Shown here: positions 1-14,190 of the stretch, piece after piece
How positions within the stretch are numbered: position 1 is the first letter of the stretch
How the letters are laid out: each line of letters begins with the position of its first letter
Assembly: GCA_028534125.1 (NCBI GenBank)
Contig: CM052832.1
Span: 18,726,001 to 18,790,000, forward strand
Direction of reading: 5' to 3'
Source: Lama glama
Taxonomy: Eukaryota
Length of the DNA: 64,000 nucleotides
Notes under the pieces: generated by a model
The model's database searches: none
What the model saw: the letters and a program-made list of their open reading frames with translations, nothing else
What the model was told of the DNA's origin: nothing
Made by a program: the position numbers and the translations under genes

Positions 1-129
1 ACCACATGGTCCCACAGACTGAGTCTCAAACCGCAGGCACCGAGAAGTTTGTAAAAATTCATTACGGTAAAAACTTGGGATCTACGGACTTTTCTGAATG
101 TACATTATTCGTCAATGAAAACAATTACT

Positions 130-1170
130 TCAAAAAATTAGGTATGGAAGATAAAAGAGGGAAAAAACCTCTAACTGTGGGTATTGCTGTGACTTTTTAG
201 ATACAACACCAAAGGCACAGTCCATGAAAGAAATCATTGGTAAGCTGGGCTTCATTAAAATTGAAAAGTTCTGCTCTGCAAAAGACAATGTCGAAAGACA
301 GGACAAGCCACAGACTGAGAGGAAATCTTTGCAAAAAGGCACATCTGATAAAGGACTGTTATTCGAAATATACAAAGAACTCTTAAAACTCAACACTAAG
401 AAAATGAACAAGCTAGTTTTAAAATAAGCCAAGACCTTAACAGACATCTCACCAAAGATAGACAGATGGCTAATAAGCATATGAAAAGATGCTCCACATC
501 ACTGTCATCAGTTAAAACAACAATAAGATACTACTAGACACCTATTAGGATGGCGAAAACCTGAAACACTGACAATACCAAATGCTGGCCAAGATGTGGA
601 GCAAGAGGAACTCTCATTCATTGCTGGGGAGAATGCAAAATGGTATGGCCACCTTGGAAGACAGTTTGGTGGTTCCTTACAAAACTAAACATATCATTAC
701 TGTGTGAGCCAGCAATCACATCCCTTGGTATTTACCCAAAGGAGTTGAAAACTATATGAAATTCTGGAAAAGGCAAAACTATAGAGATAGTAGAAAGATC
801 AGTGACTGACAGGGGTTGGGTGTGGGGCGGGGGCATGAGGAGGAGGATAAATAGGTACAGAACTTCTCGGGTAGTGAAAATACTCTGTATAAAGCTATAG
901 TGATGGGTGCATGTTATCACACATTTGTCCCATCCCACAGGTTGTACAACACCAAGAGTGAACCCTAGTGAAAACTGTGGACTTCCCTGATGATATGTGT
1001 CAAGGTAGGGTCATCAATTGTAACAAATGTATCAGTCTGGTGATAGATACTGATAATAGGGGAGGCTCCCCATTTGTAGGGACAGGGAGTACATGGGAAA
1101 TCTCTGTATCTTCTCAATTTTGCTGTGAACCTAAAACTAACCTTAAAAAAATTAAGTCTCTTTTAAAAAA
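130..1170 (+). mobile_element. Ancient L1 3' fragment (ORF2 end + 3'UTR, L1MC-like)
   Basis: Degenerate ORF2 C-terminal peptide (FIKIEKFCSAKD); terminal GGAAATCTCTGTA...TTTTGCTGTGAACCTAAAACT motif; start approximate. Confidence 0.85.
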
Positions 1171-3439
1171 TTAGGTACGTAAGAGGGAAGGCTCTCAGAG
1201 TTTTACTTTAATTACGAGTAAAAGAGTTATCATTGCCTACTCTTAACCAATTCTTTCATGTCTTTTTTCACTTAGCAAAAAATATATGCTACTACAATGT
1301 TAAAAAAATTACATATCTCCAAATCATGCTAAAAATATCATTAGATCAAAGTTAAAACCTACCACTAAACTTCAAACTTATTGCACTCAGGTTGACTCGA
1401 GTTGTTCTGCTTTGTTCTTTGAGAAGATGGTAATTTTTAAACTGTCAATATTTTCTTTTGTGTCAGACACACCGGTAACATCGTGTAAAACTATAAATGC
1501 CTATACTTAAATGCAAGGCCAGAAAGGAACAATTATTTTATGCTACTGGTGACACCCATCCATCTGTTCATTCCTTGATCATAAACTTTCTTTTTAAAAG
1601 GAAGGTAGATGAAAATCCAAAAGGATTTTTCTCTAGAAATAGAACTATCAAACACTAAGTAGTGAAAATAATAAAAAGTGAACTCCTGAATTAGAATAAA
1701 GGTGAAGACAGGTTTGATAATTCACCAAAAGGAAAAAGAAGGACTAAAGGTAAACAGGATTAAAGGTAAAAAGAACCAAAGACACAGATACAAGATTGTC
1801 CGGTTCAAGTATTTTTTTATCTAATTCTACACTAAGTTCCTAGCTTCTTTCTTTCTTGACAAAAATATTTTGTTTCAGTTTCCTAGGCAGCCACAAGTCA
1901 TAAATACATGATAGTTCTTTTTAAAGAGACACCCTTGCTAAGTGCTAATGGAATGAAAGGCCTAACTGGAGTTTGTATTGTTCATTTTTTTTGAAAATGA
2001 AAAAACTAAATTGATTTCTGATAAAACAGATTATGACACAAAGGGCCCTCCACTCTGGGAGACGTCAGAAATGGGATCTTGGCAACATGAATAAATTGAG
2101 GGCGGCTGGCAGCCAAAATCTTAGGAAAAAACAAAACAAAACACTTAACCTGCCCTGTACTTTCTGAAGCTAGTTACTCAATAGTGTCATGGAAGAAACT
2201 GATCATCAAGAAAACATTTCCTCACAAAGAAAGGACCGAGGAGACTTTTCAACTTTTGGCCAAAAGTATTCGATCCTGTCCCCAAAATAAAACAAAACTT
2301 AGCCTTTAGAGCTGTGACTCAAAACAAAATTTATCACCCAAAGCTTTCATTTGGAGACTTAACTAGATGAATAACCCTTCCTGTGATTTATTTTTGTTTT
2401 AGTATGTGTCAAATTTAGAAGAAAATAATGGTCTAATTTTTATTTCTCCTCTCAAAATGAAACTATTACAGCTCCTTCTGCTTTGAAATATTTATGACTA
2501 ATAAAAAAGTAATTATAAAATGTTTAGTATTATAATTGACCATCTGATGTTATTCACTTACAAAGACAGGAAATTAAATTTGATGCTGCAGATCTAACCC
2601 ATTAATCATGCATGTACTTAAAGCCCTATGACAGAAACATATAAAACTCTTAACACTTTGATATTCTAGAAACAGTATGATTCACATGGTAGGAAAAAAG
2701 GGTTTATGATAAGTACTCATCAATTGAAAGTGTAATACTAGTAATTTAATAAAATCCAGTCTATGGAGTTCTAGCAAGATGATACAGGGAAACAAACAGC
2801 CTCCTTCTTGTCTGTTAGAAAGCACATAGATTTGAACATTGTAGATGTTAGAACACAGGTGAAAGTAAAACCTTTAGATTTCTACTAATTCCTATGGAGA
2901 GGTCAGAAACACTAAAAAAAAACTAAATTAATAAATAAAATACAATAGAATATTTCCATTTCAAAAATCAGGCTGAAAGAGATTCAAGAACTAGGAATAC
3001 AGAAAATAAAAGACCAGTGGAAAAAAACAAGGTCAACATGCTTAATTTTTGAAAAGCCCTAAAATTCCAATCTATGCAGTTTTTTTAAAAAATTGTTTTC
3101 CCTTGTATAACCACAAAAAATCAATTAAATATGAAATCATAACTCTCAAGAAAAGTACTTTCTCGTTGGTAGCTGTCATGCAGAAACCTGGCATCTGGCA
3201 TCTTTGAATATCAAAGTGATTATTTAAGATTTATTGATGTGCTATGGAATAAGCCAATGTTTCCCAGATCGCATACTCAAAATTATTTCCTTCCACTTCC
3301 AAAGGAAATCTAGACAGCCAAATTAGAAAATCCGAACCATAGTAGAAGAGACTGATCGATTGATTACTTGGGGAATCCTTGACAGGAGTCTGAACAATTA
3401 GTGTTAGGTACGACTCTGTAAGCTTTTCCAAATGATGTA

Positions 3440-3750
3440 AATACTGTTTCCTCATTTATAAAAGGGAAATAATAACATTTGCACTATTTAACTTCACAAG
3501 ATTATTGTATGAATCAAGTAAGGTGGTAAAAGTTGACATTTTTTAGTGCACAGTATGTGACAGGCTATTCTTATAGCTTTTGTGTGTTATCTCATTCAAT
3601 CCTTGGTATGCCGTTACGTGGTAGGTGCTATTATTATTTTAAAGATGAGGAGTCTGAGGTTTAGAGAAGTCAGGTAACTTGTCCAAGGAAACTCAGCTAG
3701 AAAGTGGCGAAGCCCAGATTGGAGCCCATGTATTCTGACTCCAGAACCCA
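3440..3750. mobile_element. Two adjacent MIR SINE fragments in opposite orientation (+ about 3440-3562, - about 3575-3750)
   Basis: MIR core GTTTCCTCATTTATAAAAGGG on +; AGATGAGGAGTCTGAGGTTTAGAGAAGT is the reverse-orientation core. Confidence 0.75.
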
Positions 3751-4255
3751 CAGGTACACACTGAGATGTGGAAGATCTATATAGCACCCCAAAATGTAAG
3801 CTGCAATTCCAGAATCTACTTCTCTTGTCTTATTTAGAAGATCATATCTAAACCACCACCAGGTGGGTGGGAAAAAAATATTTGGATGCTTCAGGTCAAC
3901 ATTTCCCAAAAAAAAAACACTCCAAGACAGGATTCTAAATTATCTTTAAACAAAATAATTAAATTTAGGACAAAGCGAAGGGAAGAAATAAGGACAGACA
4001 TTCCTGACAAGGCTAAGATCCTAAAATTTAGGGTAACTGAGAAGGGTACCTAAGAAGAGAACATGGAGTTTGTAACATTTAGGGAAGGAAAGCGTGTGAA
4101 ATGAGCGGAGAGAGAAGAGCTGTATTCCCCGAAAACACTCAACTTGGATCCAAAAATTCATCAGATCCAAAGGATTAGTCAGGAGGCAATGACTGAAACA
4201 CTCTGATTCAGATACTAGGTCAGTCCAGAGGACTAGTTAATAAAGTTCAGCTAGA

Positions 4256-4509
4256 GCAGGGACATTCAAGCTTTTTCTACCGTGACCCACTTACAGAAAT
4301 AGATGAGACAGCGTGATGTAGGAACCTCATACCAAAATAAACACACACACACATATTAGAAAACTAAAACTCAAGCTTTCCTGAACACGTCACTCTGTTT
4401 TCTATTCTGTTCTATTTCTTCTTTTTTAAAAAGAAATGCATCTTCTGAACTACTAAACTGATTTCATGGGCAGCTAATGGGTCTTTTCATACAATGTGGA
4501 AACACACTG
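4256..4509. mobile_element. hAT-Charlie-type MITE remnant
   Basis: CAG...CTG ends; CTAAACTGATTTCATGG..CTAATGGGTC...AAACACACTG terminus resembles Charlie-family MITEs. Confidence 0.5.
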
Positions 4510-5358
4510 GGTCAGAAGGCCAAGAGCGAGCTGGGGAACAGGCCTGGCCCTGCAGACAGGACAAGAAGAGCTTGGTGTGTGGTCTGGTCACTGCCTTGGT
4601 GGCTCTTTCAGAGAGAGAGCAGGGCATCTCTCATTTGAAGCACTACCCACACACGCTACACCCCTGCTTCCTAAATCACACTTCAACCTCCTCCCACACA
4701 TGCCCCATGACACTGCCTGTCCTTTGCATATGAACATGACAAGGTGACGGAGCTGTAAGTATCAGGGACTTGTTGCATCATTTGTATCACAAAGCAAGGA
4801 GATAAACTCTCTCTGAGAGTTTCCAAAAAAGTCCCTGGGAGGATGGTTCAGGTGCAAAATCAGATTCCACTTGGTGTTTCAATTCCTCAGAATTCTGGCC
4901 TGCCAAACTGCCTGGTGTTTCTTTGAGTTTCCTTGTAAATAATCTTCCCTGGCTCTGTCTCTTTTCTAGACTACACAATTCAGTTACAAAACTCATCCCC
5001 CGTGCTTTTGATTGTTTTCAGTGGAAAAGCTCAGAAACCAAAGTCATGAGAATGTTTCCCTGTTCTGAAATTCTTATCAGTATTTTACACTCAGTTGGAT
5101 TTCTTGTGGGATTTCCATCCAGGAGCAGAAAGGCTATCAATCATCTTCAGACAGTTCACCTGGATGGAGAAAACCTATAAAGAATTTGTGTCTGGGAGGT
5201 TCAGTCCCAAGAGTGGAGAAAGGTGGGAAACACGGGTGCTAGCAGCTGTCCAAGAGTGCTGGGAAACACAGCGACAGAGGCACCTAGAAGGGGCAGAAAC
5301 ACGGAAAGTCCTAGCTTGAGAAAGTATTTGCAGGAGTGTCAAAACTTGAGCGTATGTG

Positions 5359-5468
5359 TATGTATGACTGAACTATTACACTGCACACCAGAAATTGACA
5401 CAACATTGTAAACTGACTATATTTCTACTGAAAAAAAAAAAAGACTCAATTTAAAAAAAGCAAAAACA
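5359..5468 (+). mobile_element. Severely 5'-truncated lineage-specific L1 3' tail
   Basis: ACACCAGAAATTGACACAACATTGTAAACTGACTAT + poly(A); 18-bp TSD AAAAYTTGAGYGTATGTG at 5341-5358 and 5469-5486. Confidence 0.85.
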
Positions 5469-6074
5469 AAAATTTGAGTGTATGTGAGCAGAAAACACCC
5501 TGGAGAGGAAAGCATCCTTGGAATGATTCATGGTTCTGACACCTGTGAATGGGCTGCAGGTAGGTCAAAAGATCACCTACAAAATCAGGTCACCAAGGTA
5601 GGAATGTGGACGGAAAAAGCAGGGAAACGTCAGCTCTGAACACTCTTTTCTGACTCCACACAAAAGAAGTCTCTGTAAACTGTGCTGTGATTTTCAACTG
5701 CAATGAAAGAAACCACCAAAGGGAATTGGAGTAAATGAAAGCAGACTCAAAATTCAAAGAAAATATTTACTGATTATGTATAAGGTCTTAGATGCGGTGT
5801 CTTAGGAGGTGAGCGAGAATGAGGGACAAGGAGTAGGGATGAGAATTACACTGGGGGAGAAACGCCCTCATCTGATTACAGCGCAGCAGAATGAAGTGTG
5901 TGCTGTCGTAGAAGTTTTCACCGAGGGCAAGGGTCCAACAGGTAACACTAACTTGAGCGGCAGGCTGTCCGGTAGGGCTGCACCCCAGAGGAACTCGACA
6001 GAAAAGGAGATGAAGGGCCTGAGATTCATCCTTCCTGCACAATCTCCCAAACCCAAATACTAGGAGAGGTCTTT

Positions 6075-6550
6075 AGGGTCTGGTTACTCTCACTGAACAT
6101 GATGTTTTTGAGGTTCAGCCATGCCACGCAGTATCAGTGCTTCATTCGTTGTCTCGTACTGCTGGGCAGGGCTCCACTGTACAGATACACCACACTTTGT
6201 TTATCCCCTCACCAGCGATGGGCATTGGGGTTTTTTCCACTTAGGGGCTATCAGGCAGAACATAGCTATCAACAGTCATTTCACAAGTCTTTGTGTGGAC
6301 AGATGTTTCATTTCTCTTGGGCAATACCTAGGAGTGGTACTGCTGGGTCATACAGCAAATTTGTGTTCAACTTTTTAAGCAACTGTCTAACCAGAATCCA
6401 AAGAGGCTGCACCGTTTTATACCCCCTCTAGTAATGCATGAGTTCCCATTTCGCACATCCGCTCCAAGACTTACTTTGGTTATAGCCAAACTACTGGCTG
6501 TGAAGTGGTATCTCAATGCAGCTGGAATTTGCATTTCCCTGATGACTAAG
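6075..6550 (-). mobile_element. Ancient L1M fragment (ORF2 end/3'UTR)
   Basis: Typical antisense L1 text (TTTCATTTCTCTTGGGCAATACCTAGGAGTGG...TGCATTTCCCTGATGACTAA). Confidence 0.85.
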
Positions 6551-7371
6551 GAGTATCCCTTTCCAGTCTACTGCACTCTGGATTTCACGTCCTTAGGTAA
6601 CTGCATTTAACAACTACTGATTTCGTCCTGTCAGTAGATAAATATGTCTGAGTCCCTTCCGTCTTAAAAACAAAAGCAAAACAGCCTTCCTGTCTATAAA
6701 AGATGATCTACACCGTTTCCATTCTGTTATATTCACCTCTTTGTAGCATTTGACCAAGGGAGAGAACACTTGTTTTTCCTAAAGAAGATACTAAACCCCA
6801 GAGAAGCTTCTATTCCAGGGAGATGTCTCCATCATTTTCAGCTTTGCCTTCTATATCTAGAAGAGTGTCTTTCATGAGATCTAGTGCTCCAATTCAGTCT
6901 CAACCTTCCCTTAGATTAACTACTTCAAATGCTGTGAAAGTTCCGCTTCAAATGTTTGCTTGGATACCACACAGGTATCTTTTTCAATAAAGAACAATGT
7001 CAATATCAGGAACAAAAAAGCAGAACTGAGTGTCTCTATCAGTATCTTCAGTTTACTTTAATAATTAATCCTCATCAAATATATAACATCACAAGATGAA
7101 AGGCCCTTATTCAACAGAGCTGGAAAACATCTGCAACAGATAATGAAAACAAAGTGTTCCCTCTAGAGATAAAGCTATTTCTTCTTAAACCTCGCCCATT
7201 AGTGTTCTCCTACTGAGAATTCAAATTCTCAAGTTTCACTCCCTAAACCTGACTCGTCCCTCTACTCATGCAAACACTTCAACGAAACCATCTTTCGCCT
7301 CATCAAGAAATCTAGTCCTTCAACTTCTCTCTGTTCTCACATTGAAGTCTTGTTAAATACTAAAAGACTTT

Positions 7372-7908
7372 TGTGATAGGGAGAATTGTAAGACGGTCCT
7401 CAAGATTCCCTGCCCTGCCCTGGTAACATCCTATAAGATTTCCTCAAGTGTGTGGGGCAGACCAATGAATATGATGGGATATCATGGATGTGATTAGGGT
7501 ACTAATCAGTTGACCCTGAGTTATCAAAAGGGAGACTGTCCTGGGTGGGTCTGACCCAAACAGGTGAGCTGTCTAAAAGGAGGGGTCCACATGGCAAGGA
7601 CCTGAACACAGCCTCCAGGTGCTGGGAGTGGTCCCAGCCTGGCAGCAAATAAGAAAATGGTGACCTAGTCCTACAGTCTCAGGAAATTAATTCTGCCAAC
7701 AACCAATGTGCTTGAGGAAAACCTCACATCACAAATAAGATCAAAGTCCAGCTGACAACTTGATTTCAGCCTCAGAAGGCTGAGGAGGGAATCCAGCTAA
7801 CCTGTAGCCAGATTACTGGCCCAAAGAAACTGTGTGATAATAGATCCATGTCATCTTAAGCTGCCACATTTGTGGTGATTTGTTACGTGGCAAAAGAAAA
7901 CCAATACA
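7372..7908 (+). mobile_element. Solo MaLR LTR (MLT1E/F-like)
   Basis: TG...CA ends, MLT1 terminal TTTGTGGTGATTTGTTAC...AAACCAATACA; 5-bp TSD ACTTT/ACTGT. Confidence 0.85.
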
Positions 7909-8135
7909 ACTGTTTAAAAATAATATCCTCCTATCCATTTGTATCGCTTCAAAAATAGTTCATCAGATAATAAAATTTTAGCATGAGTATTTTCCCCGAA
8001 GGGTGGAAAGACTCAGAAGCCAACAAGAGCATCAGCAGCCTTTATAGCATAATTACAACAAAGCCTTTTACTATTCTTCAGGCACGGCTAAATTAAAACG
8101 CCCTAATCCTCTCATAATTCCAACATCAACGGTCA

Positions 8136-8303
<168 letters not shown>

Positions 8304-9009
8304 TCAAACACTTAACACTAGAATAGCTAGGGTGAAATCTAAAAAGAGAGACATGTTCTTTGCAATAATAATCTACATATTATATATTTGTTAAGAACCA
8401 ATCTATTTACACTAGCACATATCCTCATTAGAGAATCTGTAAAGCCATAGCTAGAATATGGCTCATCTTGATTAGTCAAAGCCTCATTCAAAAGAAAATA
8501 TATAGCTGCCCCTTTAAAGACACATTGCAGAATGCTATTAATGGTATTATCTAGCCCCTCCATAACTTAAAAAACAAATTCTGAACTGAATCTACTTTTC
8601 ATGAAAACAGCAATAGGTTTTTCCCTCTATCAGTTCTAATTCCATGCAATACTCATGAATGCAAAACTGACTGCCCTAATCATCGAATTTAAAGGCTACA
8701 GTTGCTAGCACCATATTTTAACAAAAATCAAAATCACTATCTTAGGTATGTGGGACTTCACGCACCAAGGGCCATGATTATGAAACTGGCAACCCTCCTT
8801 GCTTAGTAACAGAACAGTCTTTATCCCAGCGGGTTCAAAGCTGCATGCTCCTGGTGAGGCTAAGGTATTGATTACTGATCCACTGGATGAAGACTATTTA
8901 CATGTGAATTTGAAAAAAAAAAAAAAAAAGGAAAGAAATGGCTAAAACAGATCAAAGCAAAGCTGTACAATCATAATGAAATGTGTTATTACTACGACTT
9001 CCATTAATG

Positions 9010-9225
9010 ATACTAATTAAAGCTAACACATAGTATCTATAATACGAAAAATATTTTTCAAAGCACACACGTGTTAATTCATTTATCCTTACAACTGTAA
9101 AGAAGGCACTCTTATTCTCTCCAGTTTAAAGATGAAGAGACTGAGGCACAGAAAACTGAAACAACTTGCCCAGAGCCATGAGGCATCTGACTCAAGGGTC
9201 CGTGCTCTTAACCACCATACTATGT
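9010..9225 (-). mobile_element. MIR SINE
   Basis: AGATGAAGAGACTGAGGCACAGA...AACTTGCCCAGAG core. Confidence 0.75.
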
Positions 9226-9429
9226 ACCCTCAAAAATATCATCAGACACAATTGTCAGTGATGTTATAAAATCCCTGACCTTGTGACAATGATGAGGATC
9301 ACAGGGATTTTTTTTTGAGGAGGGAAAACACTATATGTAAGTGGCCCAATTGCTTTTTTCAAAACTACATGTTAATTTTAGAGGAAATGGCAAAAAGTTT
9401 TATAATTCATATATTCAAGAAAATACTCA

Positions 9430-9555
<126 letters not shown>

Positions 9556-11953
9556 CTAAAAACAACCTCACTTCATTGTTATAAATCTATGCAGAAGCAA
9601 AGCTGTAGTTTAAAAAAAATCACTCAGTCAGTCAACAAACTATGACTCAACATCTACTACTACACACCATCATGATGAAGGTCCTGGGAATACAACACAT
9701 AAAGGGCAAAGTCCCTGCCTTCAAGAGTGCACCATCCGGCAGGCAATCAGACGAGAAGGAAATATACAATGAGGACAGAAAAATTAAAAGGCCACTTTGG
9801 TAGTGCTATGGGCCCACAGAGGCGCATCTCACCTCATCCTGGAAAACCAAAAGGAATTCCCAAGAATGTGATATTCAAAATAACTCAAGACTGAGTGGTC
9901 GAGATGATGGTGATGACGCTGACAATGGAGATCTCTTTCCTGAGCTCTTGACAAATGCCAGACCCTGCGCTAAGCTCTTCATGTGTATTTCATTATCAAA
10001 CTGTTAATGAGGTATTATTACTCCCTTTTTATAGTTAAAAAAATAGATTTAAAGATGTCATGTATTTTGAAAGGGAGGCTGAATAACTACCTGATATACA
10101 TTAAGTATTACAATGTTCCCACCAGTAGTCTCTAAACAAGGGTAAAGTAATAAGAAAGACTTCAATAAATAATGGTCTCTTATGTTAATAAACATCATGT
10201 TCACAAAAATTATATAGTTGTAAACTTACATCTGTCAAAATATTTTAAATGCTTAGGATATAATGTTAGATGAAAATGGATAATTAAAATGAAATGTTTA
10301 ATAAAGATTACAATTAAAATGGCTCATGTATACAGCAGAAGTGTTGAGGGGACTATGAAAAAATGAAGAATTGTGCCCTGATAGAACTGTGCATCATTTT
10401 TTCTTTTAAATTTTTGTTTATTAATGTTTTATATTTAGTTATATCCTGCCTTATTCCAAAACTAATTTAAGGTAGCTCCTGACCTTAAAATTATCCACGC
10501 ATTAGTGATTTTTAAGTGCCATTATTACTTAGGGTCTATTTAAATCCTTTATGTTAAAAAAAAAAAAAGAAAAGAAAAATCATTTTCTGTGTGTCATGGC
10601 ATACAATAGTCAAAGCAGTTTCTTTTTTTTAAAGTACCACATAAAAATATTACAGTTCTTGATCAAATCATAAATACCCAACTGGATTAACCATAACTAG
10701 AACAGTATAAAATGTAGCAGAAGTTCTCCAGTCACGTAGACTTTAGAAAAACTGGCTTGGAAAACCGCAAAGTCCCACAGCATTTAAGGCTTTTGTAATT
10801 ATTACGTGCTGTTTGATTCCACTGGGTCTATAAAGTTGCTCTCACAATATTCCTGGATTTCTAATGTGTCCCACATTGATGAAGGGAGAGGAAAATTAAT
10901 TCCAAGTGACCTGATGCCTATAATTTATATTATGCTGATGGGGGTGATTTTCAAAACAGTGACCCCTTATCAGTATAATTCTTTGCCTTACAATATACAG
11001 CCAGGGGAACTGAGCTTATTCTGTGTTGCCATGATAAAAAGTGATTACTCAGACATGTTTTTGTCAAGATTATTCTAATCTCTAGAAACAATCCATGGTA
11101 TCATTACCTTTCCAGGGCGACCTCAGAGCATCCAGAAAAGTAATTTACCAAAGCCAAGCTATGAAGTAGGACTTTCATTTACCCATTGGGCATAATTACT
11201 GTAATAAAAATGTATTTTAAAAATGTATGGGAAGTGTGCCCAACTTTTCTTGAAGATGCCAGTAGGGGAGAGGTGTAACGAGTTATTCATGATCACATTA
11301 ATTCTGCTACTTTTTATTAAGTGCCAACTATATGAAAAGCATTATTTGCTACACCAAACACTATATATAGTGATGAATATTTTAAAGACATACACACACA
11401 ACCTAGATACCAAATAAAACGTCACCATTATGGTCATCTCCCTCAAACGTCTACTGCATGTTTAGCACTCTGCTCACTGATTTAGGGAAAAATTTTTTTA
11501 ACAAATTAATACAATGAATCTCCACGAGCGTGTATTCAGTTAAAAATCAAATGTGTGGTATAAAAACTAGACAAATCACTATAAAATACCAAATGAGCTA
11601 GCTCAAAATAAAACAAGTATGGAAATTTGGAACTAGGAGGAACCACATATATCATCCAGCCCAATCATCATTTTAAAAAGATTTAAAAAGAGCCAGTGAT
11701 GCTCACTGACTTAGCTAAATTATAAAACTGAGTTGAGCAAGACCCCAATTCTATTGCTATTTTATTGAGTATAGAATAGTGGGACAGAAATTTGGTCCTA
11801 ATTGTATATTTGGCATATTAAAAAAAATCCCTCTATCCTTCTATTCAAAGTTGGAATAATGACTGCAAACTGGCTTCAGAAGGTCAGCATAAAACATGTA
11901 AGTTATATTTTTCCTGTGGTACCTTAAGCACAAGAGACTTTTATTGAGCTAGG

Positions 11954-12857
11954 CTTTTTTTTTTTTAAATTGAATTATAGTTGATTTACAACATTGTGTT
12001 AGTTGCTGGTATACAGTATACTGATTCAGTTATGCATATATATATATATATCCTTTTCATAGGCCTTTTCAATATAGCTTATTACAAGATATTGAATATA
12101 GTTCCCTATGTTATGCAGTATGACCTTATTGTTTATCTATTGTGTATAGTAGTGTGTATCTACAAATTCGGAACTCCCAACTTATCCCAAAATCTCTTTC
12201 CCCCAGTAACCAAATGTTTGTTTTCTACATCTATGTGTCTGTTTCTGTTTTGTAAATAAGTTCATTTCTCTCTTTTTCTTTTTTTTTTTAGATTCCGCAT
12301 GTAAATGATCTCATATAGTAGTTTTCTTTCTCTCTCTGAATTACTTCACTTAGTATGATAATCTCTAGGTCCATTCATGTTGCTGCAAATGGCATTATTT
12401 CATTCTTTTTTATGGCTGAGTAGTATTCTACTGTATGTGTATAGTGTGTATATGTGTGTAATATATATATATATTATATAAATAAAATATATACCACAAC
12501 TTTTTTTATCCAGTCACTTGTTAATGGACATTTAGGCTGTTTCCATGTTTTGGCTATTATAAATAGTGCTGCTATGAACATTGGGGTGCATGTATCTTTT
12601 TGATGTCTCCTCCAGATAGATGCCAGGAGTGGGATTGTTGGATCACATGGCAAGTCTATTTTTGGTTTTTTAAGGAATCTCCATACTGTTTTCCTTAGTG
12701 ACGGCACCAAACTACATGCCCACCAACAGTGTAGAAGAGTTCCCTATTCCCTACATCCTCTCCAGCATTTATTGTTTGTAGATGTTTTAATGATGGCCAT
12801 TCTGACCAAAGTGAGATGATACCTCATTGTAGTTTTGATTTGCATTTCTCAGATAAT
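11954..12857 (-). mobile_element. 5'-truncated L1 (ORF2 C-terminus + 3'UTR + poly-A)
   Basis: Poly-T at left end; ORF 12474..12710 encodes L1 ORF2 end (TCTPMFIAALFIIAKTWKQPKCP); 10-bp TSD TTGAGCTAGG at 11944-11953 and 12858-12867. Confidence 0.92.
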
Positions 12858-13907
12858 TTGAGCTAGGAGCAATGTTAACAGCCCAGAGAATTCATGTAAC
12901 TCGAGAGGAAGTCACTTTTTTTTACACTTCATGTTTTAAAAAATCCAAAGAAGGTGTAATGCCTTCTTTTCCTTTGTTAGAAGATGTTCTGGGATTGCAT
13001 ACTGCAGTCCCCATGAAAGGGGAAAGTATCATTTCTTTTTTAACTTTGGGTAAGTAGAAAACATGAAGAATTGCTATTCTTTTTGAAAACTTGCAGAATG
13101 ATATCCCCTAAACCATTTTTTCATTTTAAAATATCAAATATTAAAAAGATGCACATGTGCATTTTTGTGTCTAAGTCTCAGTTAATAGAAAAGCAGTGAG
13201 GACAATCCTCAAAGCTTGTCACTCCACTTCTTGCCGTCCCGGGACACCCACGAAAGCGTATGAGAACCTACATGCTCTGTCCTGCCAAGGCTGAAATAAT
13301 TAGGTGCATGTTCTTCCCTCAACATCTAAGGCAGTTAAAGGGAGATGTTCCCTAGGAGGAATGACAGAATGGCAGCACGAGTGGCCGGGTACTATTGATT
13401 GGGGACACCATCCAAAAGTGGCAGCTCTCTTGTGCCCCATTTTGAAAATCATGAGCTTAGATGAATAGCTGAATGAGCCAGGAAAACTGACTTGGTAGCG
13501 AAGCTTTGTTCTCTCTGATCCCACAATCCCTGGGCTAATCTACTTCTCTTTCCTTGAATGGCTCCACTCTCACATTTGTAATCTCTGGTGGCTCAGTCCT
13601 GCAGATTAGTCCCCATCCCTGCAAGCAGCAAATGAGAGGCTTCTGTTCCCAGGTCTCCCATCATGGCTGTCTGTCTGTTCCCTGGGTGTTCACCATCCAT
13701 ACCTCCATCATCCCTGACCTCAGATGCCCTTCCTGCTGAGCTGATACAGTTTCCATAATTCATGCCCCAACATTGTTCATTTCTCAGCCTCTTTGTTAAT
13801 CTGACTGTGATGATAACAGTGCCTGACAGCTTGTTAGGCACTGGGTGAGAATTTCTATACAAATTATTTACTCATCTCAATGACCTGCAAATTAATTCTA
13901 TTGCTAC

Positions 13908-14190
13908 GTCCATTCATTCATTCAACAAACGAATTTGACACCTATTTATTCAACCAACTTTTATTGAGTAGCTATTATGAGCCACATACTCTGATAAGCA
14001 CTGAAGGGAGATCAATAAGACATGAGCTCCAACTAGCTCACAATAATAGGCTGGCAGGAAGTAGACACCCTGGAAGGTCAAGTCATGTATCTAAGGTCAC
14101 ACAACCTTGTAATAAGAGTCAGAATCTGAAACCCAGGTTTCTGTTTTCAAACCCACACTTCTCCTGCACCACATCAGCTCTTAACAAGCC
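13908..14190 (-). mobile_element. L2 3' end followed by MIR fragment
   Basis: CATTCATTCATTCAACAAA L2 tail; CTAAGGTCACACAA...AAACCCAGGTTTCTG MIR segment. Confidence 0.65.

Noticed and set aside
3853..3872. CTCF-like CCACCAGGTGGG motif
   Set aside because: Mismatch in the core GGC and no other support; a single motif match is uninformative.
12474..12710. ORF with recognisable protein motif (also 224..427 and 18289..18471)
   Set aside because: Decayed L1 ORF2 C-terminal fragments, not host genes.
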